From Enoplolaimus lenunculus (Eukaryota): 64,000 bases of DNA. Positions 1 through 12,019 of this stretch are shown in pieces; positions within the stretch are counted from its first letter, which is position 1; each line of letters begins with the position of its first letter. The stretch covers positions 310,001 to 374,000 of the forward strand of contig JASANG010000443.1 in NCBI GenBank assembly GCA_030248215.1. Direction: 5' to 3'. The notes below the pieces were generated by a model. That model saw nothing but the letters and a program-made list of their open reading frames with translations. It was not told the DNA's origin and ran no database searches. A program made the translations under genes and the position numbers.

Positions 1-994
1 GTAGACGGTGACTAAAAACGTACATACTTAAAATAGTCCAATTCACAGGAATGGAATTGGTTTTGTTTCTAGTTTTTGTCTACAAATTTGAGTTTGCCTG
101 CAGCTACCGGAAAGCCATAGACGGTAAAAATGGTGAGGCAAATTGACACACAATGAGTCAAATTCGACTCATTCAGTCGCATGTTTGTCTCTGGCGGAGT
201 CGACTTTGACTGACACGTTTCTGCCGTCCCGTAGAGCCTATTTCGGAGAGAGTCAATTTGACTCATCATTTTTTGCAGTGTAGAACAGTCAACGCTTCGA
301 GAAAAAATTTTGATTTCTTTATCTTATTGTCAATTATAGTTTTCGATTATCGGAAAGCGGGTGTTAATGTCCGCAGAATGGGCGGTACCCCCCTCATTTG
401 AATGCTGTGAGTTGCCAGGGTTTCAAATTTATGATAAACCTTTACGCCTGAGCCCAAATCTTGACACCGGATTACAAGACGACATCAACTTTTCACTATT
501 AAGTAGACCTCAGTTCAGTTCAACTTGCCTTCAAATCCTGAATATTGAGCAAAACCCAATTTGTCGCTTGATTATAACAGAGTCAGCTAAAAGCTTGAGG
601 CTAATATTTTTGCTTAGGCTTAGCCTTTAGGCTCAGTTAGGCATAGCCTTACACTGCAAAAAAATGGTGAGTCAAATTGACTCACTCCGAAATAGGTTCT
701 ACGGGACTACACAAATTGAGTCAAAATTTGACTCCGCCAGCGTCAAATGTGCGACTCAGTGAGTTGAATGTGACTCTGTTGGAGTCAAATTTTGACTCAA
801 TTTGTGTAGTCCCGTAGAGCCTATTTCGGAAGGAGTCCATTTGTCTCACCGTCTTTTTCCGAAGTATATCCTTACACTGAAACTTAGGCTTAGGTTTAGG
901 GATATGCTTTGCACTGTTAGGTCCCTCAACGTAGCACTGGCACAACTCACTATCAGATCAGGTTTAATATTTAAACCCGACTAAATATAAAGCG

Positions 995-2044
995 CCGGTG
1001 TCATGAAAAAATTTGCCCCCCCCCCCATAAAAAGTAGCCGTTTTCCGGACAAATTTTCATATGAAAAGTTGCCCCTCCCCGGACAAATCTTCATATGAAA
1101 AGTTGCCCCTCCCCGGACAAATTTTCATATGAAAAGTTGCCCCTCCCCGGACAAATTTTCATATGAAAAGTTGCCCCTCCCCAGACAAATATTCATATGA
1201 AAAGTTGCCCCTCCCCGGACAAATTTTTATATGAAAAGTTGCCCCTCCCCGGACCAATTTTCATATTAAAATTTGCCAGCCCTGACGCTTTTTCATAGAA
1301 ATTGTCTATAAAAAGGGTCCCTCTTCATGAAAATTTGCCACCCCCCCTTCGACTGTAAAACTTTGGGCCAACCACACGAGTGATTTTTATTACACGTCAA
1401 TTTTGCCCGTAGAATGTGTTTTATTATGTGGTGTGTTTAAATTTTGCCAATCTAGATTTAAACGGATTTTTGACACTTTTATACACACAAAATGTGCTTA
1501 TAGATATAAATATGTCAATATTTTTAGGAATTCTTTTAAGAATGACGAATTTTGAGTATATAATCTTTTGGCTTCAAAATAATATATATCCTACTGAAAA
1601 ATGAGACAATGTTTACTTTCAAGGGCGTAACAGTAGATTAAGCGTATTGCTAAGCCTAAGCCTAAGCGTTGCAAAAATGTGTTCCCAAGCCTAAGCTAAA
1701 GCAAAAAAATGTAATCTACAATATAAACCTTATTCTTTTATGGACCCACCAGACACCTGAACGCCCCTTAAAGTAACATGGGCCGAAAAATGGATCGAAG
1801 AAGGTATTGAACACAGTCCGTGGAAAGTTTCAAAACCGGAAATCAGACGTTCTGCTTCCGCGATGCCGAAATTTTTGCTTCTACGGAAACATTGGGATTG
1901 AATATTGACGTTTTGCGTCCGAGGTGGGCGGGGCAAATTTTCACATGAAAATTTGTCCGGGGGTGGTGGCAAATTTTCATATGAACATTTGTCCGATGGG
2001 GCAAATTTTTATCGGGGGTTGGGTAAATTTTTTCATGACACCAG
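995..2044. mobile_element. Putative non-autonomous TIR element with a subterminal 34-bp tandem array
   Basis: Left end CCGGTGTCATGAAAAAATTTGCCC vs right end (revcomp) CTGGTGTCATGAAAAAATTTACCC. About 7 copies of a 34-bp unit containing the palindrome TTTTCATATGAAAA at ~1045-1275; degenerate inverted copies at ~1925-2015. Superfamily not determined. Confidence 0.6.
1604..1784. mobile_element. TTAGGC-bearing MITE (Merlin-like), nested in the 995-2044 element
   Basis: Ends related to GGCCCATGTTACTTTAAGGGGCG; exact 8-bp TSD GAAAAATG on both sides; internal GCCTAA repeats. Confidence 0.75.
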
Positions 2045-2746
2045 CCACCAGCTGACCAGAAGTATCAAAACAGACAATAGCGTATGTTTTGCACCTTTAA
2101 CACTACAAAGTTTGCCCCCGGGTATCAGACCTGTGAATTTTTGTACCCGCGTGATACAAATGTTCACCCCGCAAGTAAACGTCCCACTCTGACTACAAAT
2201 GATGCGAAATGTGCCCACTGAAACGCGAACAATCGAAACCAAAAATAACAACCATTGTCAAAGAGTTAAAAAGTTTAACGGAAACAGTGAACTTAGCAAC
2301 ATCACCAGCAAGTTTTCTTGTATTATTCGTTTCAAAAATGCAAATAGCTTCAATGTTGCTTTAAATAGGTTTCTTTTAATATTTTAAGGGCATTAACCAG
2401 GGTTGAAACCAGAATGTTAAAATCAGTCGAAATCCGCATTGGAGTCAACATTCAAATTTTTTTGTAGGCACCGGAACCGGAACCGGAATTATGATATTAG
2501 CTTTGATAGTTATTAAATTGTTGAGAAATAATTTCGAAAACATTAAACGCTTTGTTTGTAAGTTCTGTCCATGTATAAGAACAGGGCCGGAACGTTTTCC
2601 TGCAGGGCTGTCATAGTGTCAGGTTAAGCTTTAGACTAATTTTTTGGTTAGGCTTAAGCTTAGAAATAGGTTCATCCTTACGCTTAGGCTTAGGCTTAGG
2701 TTTAGGATTATGCTTATACCGCTGTTCTGGCCCTGTTCTATACATG

Positions 2747-2955
2747 CACTGCAAAAAATGGTGAGTCAAATTGACTCTCTCCGAAATAGGCTCTACGGCA
2801 CTACACAAACTGAGTCAAATTCGACTCCGCCAGAGTCAAACGTGCGGCTAAATGAGTCGAATTTGACTCTGGCGGAGTCTAATTTGACTCAATTTGTGTA
2901 GTCCCGTAGAGCCTATTTCGGAGGGAGTCAATTTGACTCACCATTTTTTGCAGTG
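2747..2955. mobile_element. Palindromic CACTG-terminus MITE, family A (CACTA/CMC-like)
   Basis: TIR CACTGCAAAAAATGGTGAGTCAAATTGACTC; 2-bp TSD TG. Other copies: 9019-9232 (TG), 9405-9626 (TG), 36588-36771 (TA), 48919-49128 (CA), ~35101-35293, ~39879-40060, and partials at ~117-280 and ~652-860. Confidence 0.8.
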
Positions 2956-3923
2956 TGGTCTGTAAGTTCAAGGGTAAACAAACGACCTCCGATGACGTAT
3001 AAAAGATAACGTTTCATTTCATTCAAGTAAGAAATACAAAAAAGTTTTTGTTTAACTATTGTTCACAAGCTCTTCAACTACTTTAACTCGAAATGTTAAT
3101 ACTATACTTGACACAGTACCGAAAAAGACAGAATTCTGGCGTAGGAATTCCATTTATGGCCGGACTCGGAACATAAATTTTGCCGGACTTTCAGTCGAAA
3201 ACACAATTCCGTTGGAACACTGCTATTCCGGATGCAAAACAAACAGTAAAACTGTCGAAAACAGATATTAACGTTGAACGAACAATTTCAGCATATCTGT
3301 GAACAAATCATTGCGAGATATATACGTGATTTATAGCTAATTTTGAACGTAAAATTAACATCGTTTCTGTTTCCGTTATTAAGTTCTTTATTTTTAATAT
3401 ACCTTTAAAACTTGAGTATATATTCTGCTATGAATATAGGCAACATTATACTTTGAGTAATAAATCGAATTTTGTGCTAAACTTAATTTCGGCCAGGAAG
3501 CATTTACGCAATCTACGCTCATTATGGACTGATTAGAAATTGTGGACTCTGTCCATGTACGGACTCTCATTACGAAAATAGACTCCTACTGACTCATATT
3601 CAAAACAGGGGTCCCAGATTCTATACGACCGCCCCCCCGTTATTCGGGTAACTGTCTGAACCAATTTTGGATGGTTTTAACGTTAATAGGCTAGCGGTAT
3701 AAACGTATTCAATGTTAACAATAAATAATTTTGTAATTTAGCACTCAGTTACCCATTCCCACAACCCGAAATTGTTTATCGGAGAAGGCAAGAAGATTTT
3801 CAGATGCAAGCAAAAAAATTTTCTAAACTTAAAATTTATAGTTCAATAAATCTCTGCCATGGGTAGGCGAAGCCTTACGCAGCGAAAGCAGCATCCCCAT
3901 ACCCCCTTATAGTTAGAACAAAC

Positions 3924-4115
3924 GGCCCATGTTACTTTAAGCGGCGTCCAGGTTTCTGGTGAGCTATAAAAGAGTAGGTTTAGATTCTGGATTACATTTT
4001 TTCGCTTAGGCTTAGGCTTAGGCTTAGAAACTCATTTTTGGAGCGCTTAGGTTTATAGGCATAGGCTTAGGAATACGCTTAATCTGCTGTTACGCCCCTT
4101 AAAGCAACATTGGCC
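3924..4115. mobile_element. TTAGGC-bearing MITE (Merlin-like)
   Basis: GGCCCATGTTACTTTAAG...CTTAAAGCAACATTGGCC ends with a central TTAGGC tract. Sister copies: ~14958-15138, 37131-37308, 42313-42491 (exact TSD GCCAGCTC), 49370-49550; partials at ~14216 and ~46253. Confidence 0.75.
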
Positions 4116-5641
4116 GAAAAAGCTAAACGACCGCAGTATGAAATTTGATCGCAGCAAAGCGATACGATACGTTTAATATTGACTGGTTGGAAGCCAGCAA
4201 TTTCTAACCAGATGACTCTAAAACCAGTTACTTTTGCTATCATCCAATTATTTTTTTCACAGTAACCTAATCCGAATAGCATGGACGTGGTTATTTGTCC
4301 ATGAATATAGCACGATGCGACTATGATTTCATTTCGAAAGCGTGTAAAACTGCACCAACCACAGAATTTTTAGGTACAGCGATGGCAGAAAGCGAGAAAA
4401 CATTTTAGATTTTAGTAAAAATTGAGTCAAAAACGCTATTTTAAACACTTTTCACGCTTAAAATAGCATCTTTCAAAATGTTTTTTGTAAGTGTAACCAA
4501 ACTCTGAAATGTTCAGCAATCATAGCTTAACGCCAGGGTGCAACGGAAGGTGAAAAATCAACAAAATTTGCCGGATCCGGATGTGAAGTCGGAAGTGAGG
4601 AAAATTAGGCAGTTAAACTGTTAAAATGGGGTCGAATTTGTTTAATTTTAGCAAATGGCTGTAATGAGTAGGTATTTTTACGAAATCTCGGCAATTTTTT
4701 GCTCAAAATTGTACCACAGGTTAAAACGAAACACCGTCAAACAGATAAATTCTGTAAAACTATGAAAAATGTCATTACTGAAATTGCCGAAACCTCCGCC
4801 AAAAAATTCTACAGGAACCGGAGCCGGAGGTCGAGTTTACTGTTGCCTGAGTCGGAGTCGGATGTAGACCTCCGGTTGTACCCTGTTATAAGCATAACTT
4901 TCCTCAAGTGTATCCTACCCATCCAAGTTGTCAGTCTCTTCCATTGTCCAAAAGCACCCTGTATTCAACTCATTTATCGAGTTAGTTGTTTCTGAGTTAA
5001 TAACAATAAGCATTAACTCACCCTGAGTTGAGATGATTTTCACTCTCAGATGATTTACTTCTGGATACGTTGATGAGTTAACTCAGAATCAATTGAATCA
5101 ACTCACAATTCTGAGTTCTGATAGTCCTAACTCAGAGTGATTGATTTAACTCATTCTGAGTTAAAATCAACTCGCTGGAATTCACAGTGTAACGAATCGT
5201 ATTCATGGCAATTGCTACACTGTAAATTTCAGTCAGTTGATTTTAGTTCAAAATGAGTTAAACCAATCACTCTGAGTCAGGACTATCAGAACTCAGAGTT
5301 TTTAGTTGATTCACTTCGTTCTGAGTTAACTAATCAACTCAACCACAGTCAACTCAACTGAGAGTGAGAATCAACTCAACCCAGAGTGAGTTAATGTTTA
5401 CTCATATTAATTCAGAAATAACCAACTCGTTAGGTGAATTGATTAATCAACTCTTTGGAATTTACCGCGACTTACGATTCGAAGAACCAATAATTGTTGG
5501 TGATAGTTCAACTCTTCGAGAACTCGGTAGTTAAGTTTTATATACTTTTCGGATATAAAACTAAACCTTAGATTTAATTTTACAACTATCCAGCTGCGAA
5601 GCAGCCACAAACTAGTAATGACAGGAGTGAAACTTCTTGAA

Positions 5642-6313
5642 CACTGCAAATTCCAGTGAGTCGATTTTAACTAAGAATTCTGATTTAATTAATCAACGCA
5701 CAGGGAGTCGACTCAACTTACAGTGAGAATCAAGTCAACTCACAGTGAGAATCAAGTCAACTCACAGTGAGTATCAAGTCAACTCACAGTGAGAATCAAT
5801 TCAACTCACAGTGAGTATCAAGTCAACTCACAGTGAGAATCAAGTCAACTCACAGTGAGAATCAAGTCAACTCACAGTGAGAATCAAGTCAACTCACAGT
5901 GAGAATCAAGTCAACTCATAGTGAGAATCAAGTCAACGCACAGTGAGAATCAAGTCAACTCACAGTGAGAATCAAGTCAACTCACAGTGAGAATCAAGTC
6001 AACTCACAGTGAGAATCAAGTCAACTCACAGTGAGAATCAAGTCAACGCACAGTGAGAATCAAGTCAACTCACAGTGAGAATCAAGCCAACTCATAGTGA
6101 GAATCAAGTCAACGCACAGTGAGAATCAAGTCAACTCACAGTGAGAATCAAGTCAACTCACAGTGAGAATCAAGTCAACTCACAGTGAGAATCAAGTCAA
6201 CTCACAGTGAGAATCAAGTCAACTCAAAGTGAGTTAAAGTTTACTGTTAATAACTCCGAAAATAACTAACTTTCTGTCTGAGTTGATTAATTAACTCATT
6301 GCAATTTACAGTG
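5642..6313. mobile_element. CACTG-terminus MITE, family B, expanded by an internal 22-bp tandem array
   Basis: CACTGCAAATT...AATTTACAGTG ends with AA TSD. Unexpanded ~250-bp copies at 29775-30030 (AA TSD), 41560-41811 (TA TSD), 40644-40898, ~36091-36346, 45458-45708 and 45711-45967. Confidence 0.8.
5719..6232. repeat. 22-bp minisatellite (CACAGTGAGAATCAAGTCAACT), ~23 copies
   Basis: Near-identical head-to-tail units with period 22 and no spacers. Confidence 0.95.
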
Positions 6314-7108
6314 AAAAGGTTGTTCAATGTTATTTTCACTCCTAATTCTTTTCGTCCAAGCTCGCTACAGGTGGGGCTATACTGGCCGCGCGCTGGCACG
6401 CGACACGAAAAACCTTTTATTAAAAAGTCTGCCAAATAAATTTTGCCAAAATTGTCTTAGCAACGCATAACAGCGTTCGGTGTCGCCCGGCGACGTGCGG
6501 CACAGTAAAGTATACCACAACCCTAACAGTCAAAAAGGAAAACTCAAACAAAAATCCTTGATTACAAACCGTAAATGCAAATTTTTTAATCAAAATAAAC
6601 CCCAATTGTGATTCGAAATACAGACCCTCTATTTTAATTTTGAGCGTCTTAAAATATTTGACAGTCTAAAATTTTTGATTTATTCAACCTAGCGAACTAA
6701 TGATACCTAATTAACTTTTCATCATAGCAACGGATTAGGCTTTTGCCAGGGGTTTTTATTTTCAACCTAGTAATTTTTAGGTCAAATCTACTTAGACCAA
6801 ACGTGGAACACCACGAAAACCCTATGTAATTGCTGTGTGGACAAAAACCTACAAAACATAAATATAGCATTTTTGGTTTATCTGGTTTATATTTAGCGTT
6901 GAAACCTGTTTGGTTCTGGCAACATTTACGTTTTTAGGTATATATACCCGAGAGGCGGCTGAAGAGAATGCTTAGGTTCTCGCTTAGCCTTTAAACTCGC
7001 CTTTTAGGCGTAGGTTCTAAAACAGGCTTACACCTGGCAGTGGGTTCCAGCTTTAGGAGTAGGATAGGGCTTATTTTTGAGATCAAACATTAAGTAAGGG
7101 TAAAGGTA

Positions 7109-7548
7109 CTGTAGTGACCCGAATAAGAGGGGGAAATAAAGGGGGTCCCCATATTGAGTGCCAAACAATAGGAGTCCGTATCCTTAATAAGAGTCCGTAA
7201 GCCAATAGAGTTCTTAAACCCTTATTAGAGTCCATAAATGTCAATTATTCCTAATTTTGGCGCATAAGTGATTCGAGGACCAAATAAAGTTGAGTTCGAA
7301 ACTTTAAAGCACACTTAACTTTTGAAAGTACATTCCTAAGTATATCCTTGTATTATGGCTCAATAGCTTTGGATACAAGACAAATACACAATTCGACGGA
7401 TAGTGTCAATACCCGGTATATATTAGTAACAAATGGCGGCGCGCCGGGCGGGTTAAAAATAAATAACAGTCCGTAACCGAATAACAAAGGGGGAACCCTC
7501 TGGAGGGGCCAAATATATATCAGTCCCCTCTTATTCGGGTCACTACAG
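7109..7548. mobile_element. TA-flanked MITE (Tc1/mariner-like)
   Basis: Perfect 24-bp TIR CTGTAGTGACCCGAATAAGAGGGG with TA on both sides. Partial copies at ~3530-3650, ~32490-32728 and ~63100-63141. Confidence 0.75.
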
Positions 7549-7733
7549 TACGACCTGGTATTACAGATCGGCTTTTGACATAGGTTTGAACTCAGACTTT
7601 AGGTATCGTGTTAAAAATAGAACGCTAATTTAAACGCGTTTCAAAGCGGAGAAACTCTAAAATGAATCGCGTTTGCATCAAAACGGTAGTAAAATGCTTT
7701 TTAGTGTTTGTCAAAACGATATTTTAGTATTAA

Positions 7734-7995
7734 CCCTTTCTCACATGAATATTTTCTATTTCTCCTGAGACCTACTTTTATGCTAGGATTTAAACTCCAG
7801 TGACTGGAGTGGGAGGCGTATACCATCACCACTCAGCTATCGGAGCTTGACGCTCGAGCCCGAGGGGCTCTCACGTCTTGTGGTGATTTAGTACTATGTA
7901 TATGTGCTGCAATTGTTAAACACGGTGCGATATATACTATTTAACGTATATACACTGCGCTGAGTTGCCTATAGGCAACTCAATGTGAGAAGGGG
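7734..7995. mobile_element. Non-autonomous piggyBac-like MITE
   Basis: TTAA|CCCTTTCTCACAT ... ATGTGAGAAGGGG|TTAA (13-bp TIR, 1 mismatch); 22-bp perfect palindrome TGAGTTGCCTATAGGCAACTCA at 7961-7982. Confidence 0.65.
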
Positions 7996-9737
7996 TTAAT
8001 ATAATACGCTTTTTTACAACGCGAAAAGCGTTTTTCCCACGATTCCTATTAGGGTACGGCATTTAGGATAAGGTTTGGTTCCAGGTTAATGCTTACGCTT
8101 AAATTAAGGACCGGACTAAAGCGGTTATTCGAGACTAAGGTCCGAAGTACGGTTACCCTTAGGTTTTAGCTTGTGTTGAAGCTTGACCTTAGGCTTCCTT
8201 TCTAAGCTCGTACGCGCAAATGTGTGTAACATCTATCGCCAGTTGGTGAAAGGTCTTGTAGCTTTCGTATCTACCAGTAATGAACGTTGAGATTCCAAGT
8301 TCAACACATTTTTATTGCATTTGATTTGCTCTACTTCTGTGCCATCGTAAGATCCACACTTGCAGGAGTATGTCCTTTTGATCCCGTATCGCTTAATGAT
8401 GGATGCAACTGTTGCGACACGAATAAGAGGGGAGACTGATATTAATTATTTTGCCTCTATAGAAGCCTATACTTCTGTGTTATTTGGTTACTATACGGAT
8501 GTGGTTGCGTCCGCCGTCCTGTGGGTAAACGAAGCTTAGATTCTGATTCCCGGGGAGTCAACGAGTTGAGTGCGGGGGGATGTTTTCGCACGCAATTAGA
8601 AAAACAGAATACCGGAGGGGACACTGGAGGCGTCGTCACTGATCTGTGCAATCGTCGTCCGGTGAGCCCCGAGCCTGTAAAGTGCAAAACTTGAAGGTCT
8701 TCGGTCGAGAGACCCCGGTTGCAGCCTCACCTGGCTCGGCCGAAGCTCTATTTTCCATCTAATAAGTTTAAAAGTAGCTGAGAGCGGGCAGCAAACTTTC
8801 CGTCTATTCCTTTTAAACTTATAGTTACTGACTGTTATTTCTTCTACTTTACCGCAGTTGGATCTAATACTTTTCAATTTTGCTCCGAACAATTCTCGTT
8901 GGCTGCCATGCCTGTTAATTTTTCACGGTATTTAATAACGTTTATTCGGGTTGTCTGAGTATCTGTTACATATCTGAGCTGAACAACAAAGGTCATTCTT
9001 TCGCTTTCATCTCTTATGCACTGCCAAAAATGGTGAGTCAAGTTGAGTCTCTCGGAAGTAGGCTTTTCGGGACTACGCAAACTGAGTCAAATTCGACTCC
9101 GCCAGAGTCAAACGTGCTACTCTAGGTGAGTCGAATTTGTCTCTGGCGGAGTCGAAATTGACTCAGTTTGCGTAGTCTCGAAAAGCCTATTTCGGACAGA
9201 TTGAGTCAATTTGACTCACCATTTTTGCAGTGTGGACTATAATTAAAACTTATGGATTCTATCTACTAACGAACATTTATTACAGATACAGACTCCTATT
9301 GATAAGGACTTAACATAGGAATGAAATGTTTCAGTTTTATTCGAATCACTGCTATACATTCATTTGAGAATATGTACCAAAGTTTGAGGGATCAAATACA
9401 TGTGCACTGCAAAAAATGGTGAGTCAAATTGACGCTTTCCGAGATAGGCTTTTCCGGACTACACAAACTGAGTTTAAAATTCGACTCTGCCAGAGTCAAA
9501 TTCGACTAACTGAGTCTCTCGATAAGTCGAATTTGACGCTGGTGGAGTCAAATTTAACTCAGTTTGTGTAGTCCGGAAAAACTTATTTCGGAGAGAGTCA
9601 ATTTGACTCACCACTTTTTTGCTGTGTGCCAAATTAAAGTCCAACCCTATGGCGGTTGATTTCTAAAATTATCTATGAAAAACCGCTTACTTTTCAGCAC
9701 TAAAATTTGAAAATTTAAACTTTCAACTAAAGTTAAT

Positions 9738-10880
9738 ATGAACAACCATGCCACAGACGAGAATGTTGGCATCAAAACAAAGAAACGATTTCCGATCAAA
9801 TTCAGTCCAGCAAAACGCATTGAACCTAAACGAAAATCAGGCTCAATCACACTTTACCTGGCATCATCACCAGATCCAAACCACACAACCGGTACTATAA
9901 CCGACAAAAAGCCTAAACCTAAGCCTAAGCCTAAATGCTTTCAACTTTGGCTGCAAAACGCGTCAAATAATGACTGTGAAATACAGCGGCGTTCAAACCC
10001 GCGGCGATCTTACATCCCATGCAACTACACCAATCTTCGTCAAAGCCTGCTTGCCGGAACTCTCCTTATTTCGGCCATGTGTGGCCTCATAGGCCTCAGC
10101 CTTTGCCTAATCGACGGCGGGCAGTATGTCGGCATTGCGGTTTACCTCATTTTAACGGCTGCAGTTGGCTTCATTCTTTCAATTTCATTCTGCCTAGTCG
10201 AACCCGATAACCCGGTCCTCAAAAATCTACTCTTCCGGCGACAACCAAGCAGTGGCAACGAATCGTCCGGAACGGAACATCCCGGAGGCCCAAAACACAA
10301 TTGTGGCTCGGCTCAAGATTGCCACCTATCAAATAGCGATACGTTTCCTGATTTAAGCCCTAAATTGAGCCATAAAGCCTCATGGTACCCTGACCAACCG
10401 TTATCAGCATACGTCAACGATACTTTATTAACTGCAACTCGAATGAAAGGACGCCTGTGTAGCATTCGTCGACAACCGAGCGTCAAACTCGGCTTAAATC
10501 CAGCTCAATCTACTCAGTCGAAAGTCGCTGCCTCTGCAGGAACAACTCTACGCCGATCGCTAGACCAAGCTAAAAAACTGATCGAAGAGCAGCAACCTGA
10601 CTCGGAGCAATTTTCAACTCGAATTAACTCAGTGACGCCAACGACGTTCGAAAACGCTTCGGCCAGCCATCAGGACCCATCGTACCTAAATCAAAGTTTA
10701 AAACTCACTACGAAATATTCTCTGCCAATATCGACCAATTTTATTCGACCACCGAACGAAGCCTACAGAACGAGAACGCTATGTCTAAATTTGGGATCGA
10801 CAAACGCGTCTAAATTAGAAGCAATTCGAGAACGATGGTCAGAGCTTTCGACGACCCCAACAGCGGAAGTTGGAGAATAG
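9738..10880 (+). CDS. Hypothetical 380-aa protein with two predicted TM helices and a Ser/Thr-rich tail
   Basis: 1143-bp uninterrupted ORF, more GC-rich than its flanks; hydrophobic segments LLAGTLLISAMCGLIGLSLCLI and YVGIAVYLILTAAVGFILSISFCLV. No family recognised and the true start is uncertain. Confidence 0.55.
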   Translation: MNNHATDENVGIKTKKRFPIKFSPAKRIEPKRKSGSITLYLASSPDPNHTTGTITDKKPKPKPKPKCFQLWLQNASNNDCEIQRRSNPRRSYIPCNYTNLRQSLLAGTLLISAMCGLIGLSLCLIDGGQYVGIAVYLILTAAVGFILSISFCLVEPDNPVLKNLLFRRQPSSGNESSGTEHPGGPKHNCGSAQDCHLSNSDTFPDLSPKLSHKASWYPDQPLSAYVNDTLLTATRMKGRLCSIRRQPSVKLGLNPAQSTQSKVAASAGTTLRRSLDQAKKLIEEQQPDSEQFSTRINSVTPTTFENASASHQDPSYLNQSLKLTTKYSLPISTNFIRPPNEAYRTRTLCLNLGSTNASKLEAIRERWSELSTTPTAEVGE

Positions 10881-11445
10881 ACCAAGGAAAACTATGAGGA
10901 TATCTCAGGGTGTAAACGGATAGTGAAAACAACGGAAACGGCTGCTGATTTAAATAACGAAAACGGATATTGAAGTGTGAAAGTTTCAAAAATGCTATAT
11001 TTTTCTCCAATTTGGAGAATAGACCAAGGAAAACTATGAGGATATCAGGAGTAACAAATAAAAATAATGGAAACGAATACTGATTAAAATAACGGAAACG
11101 GAAAACGGACACTGAAGCATAAAAGTTTCAAAAATGTTATATTTTTCTCCAATTTAGAGAATAGACCAAGGAAAACTATGATGATATCAGGGTGTAAACG
11201 GATAGTAAATACAACGGAAACGGATATTGATCAAAATAATGGAAACGGAAATCGGATATTGAAGCATAAAAGTTTCAAAAATGTTATATTTTTCTCCAAT
11301 TTAGAGAATAGACCAAGGAAAACTATGATGATATTAAGGTGTAAACGGATAGTAAAAACAACGGAAACGGATATTGATCAAAATAATGGAAACGGAAATC
11401 GGATATTGATGTATTAAAGTTTCAAAAAATGATTTATTTTTCTGC
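10871..11445. repeat. ~142-147-bp tandem repeat, 4 copies
   Basis: Unit begins T(G/A)GAGAATAGACCAAGGAAAACTATG at 10871, 11013, 11155 and 11302. Confidence 0.85.
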
Positions 11446-12019
11446 AAACATAAGCGAGGCGTGCATAATATCTGTAACAAAAAATTGCGATGTATTTTTT
11501 TAAATTGGACGAATTTCGTAATTTTTATTTCATTTCAAACAATTGAAAAACGAACAAAAACCAAAACTAATTTTGAACGTAAAAATAAGACAATCTCCGT
11601 TATTTCTATAACAGAAACGGACTTCGATTTTTACCGGAAACGGATATCCGCTTACATTTTGGAGTATATAAATGATGATTAGCAAATTTCATTTCCGTCC
11701 ACAACTCTGCAGGCTAACGTGAGCTGCATATATTATATATTCTTTCCAACTATTTTCGTTCATTGAACTTTGGGCCGATGTAAAGAAATGGGGCAGAACA
11801 GTATTATAAGCATATTCCTAAGACTATAAGCCTAAGCGACTGAATAAATATATTCCCAAGCCTAATAAGCGACTGAATAAATATATTCCCAAGCCTAAGC
11901 TAAACAAAAAAATAAGTTTAAAGCTTAACCCTCAACGGCCCGGCAAAATTTTCACCTTAATCAGCCCAACGGTCTACATATGTAGACAACACAACTAGCG
12001 TTAGTTTTGGCTTATCTCA

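Noticed and set aside
5719..6232. Regular short repeats (also 53062-54497 and 34060-34465) as CRISPR arrays
   Set aside because: Units are head-to-tail with no unique spacers, there are no cas genes, and the context is eukaryotic.
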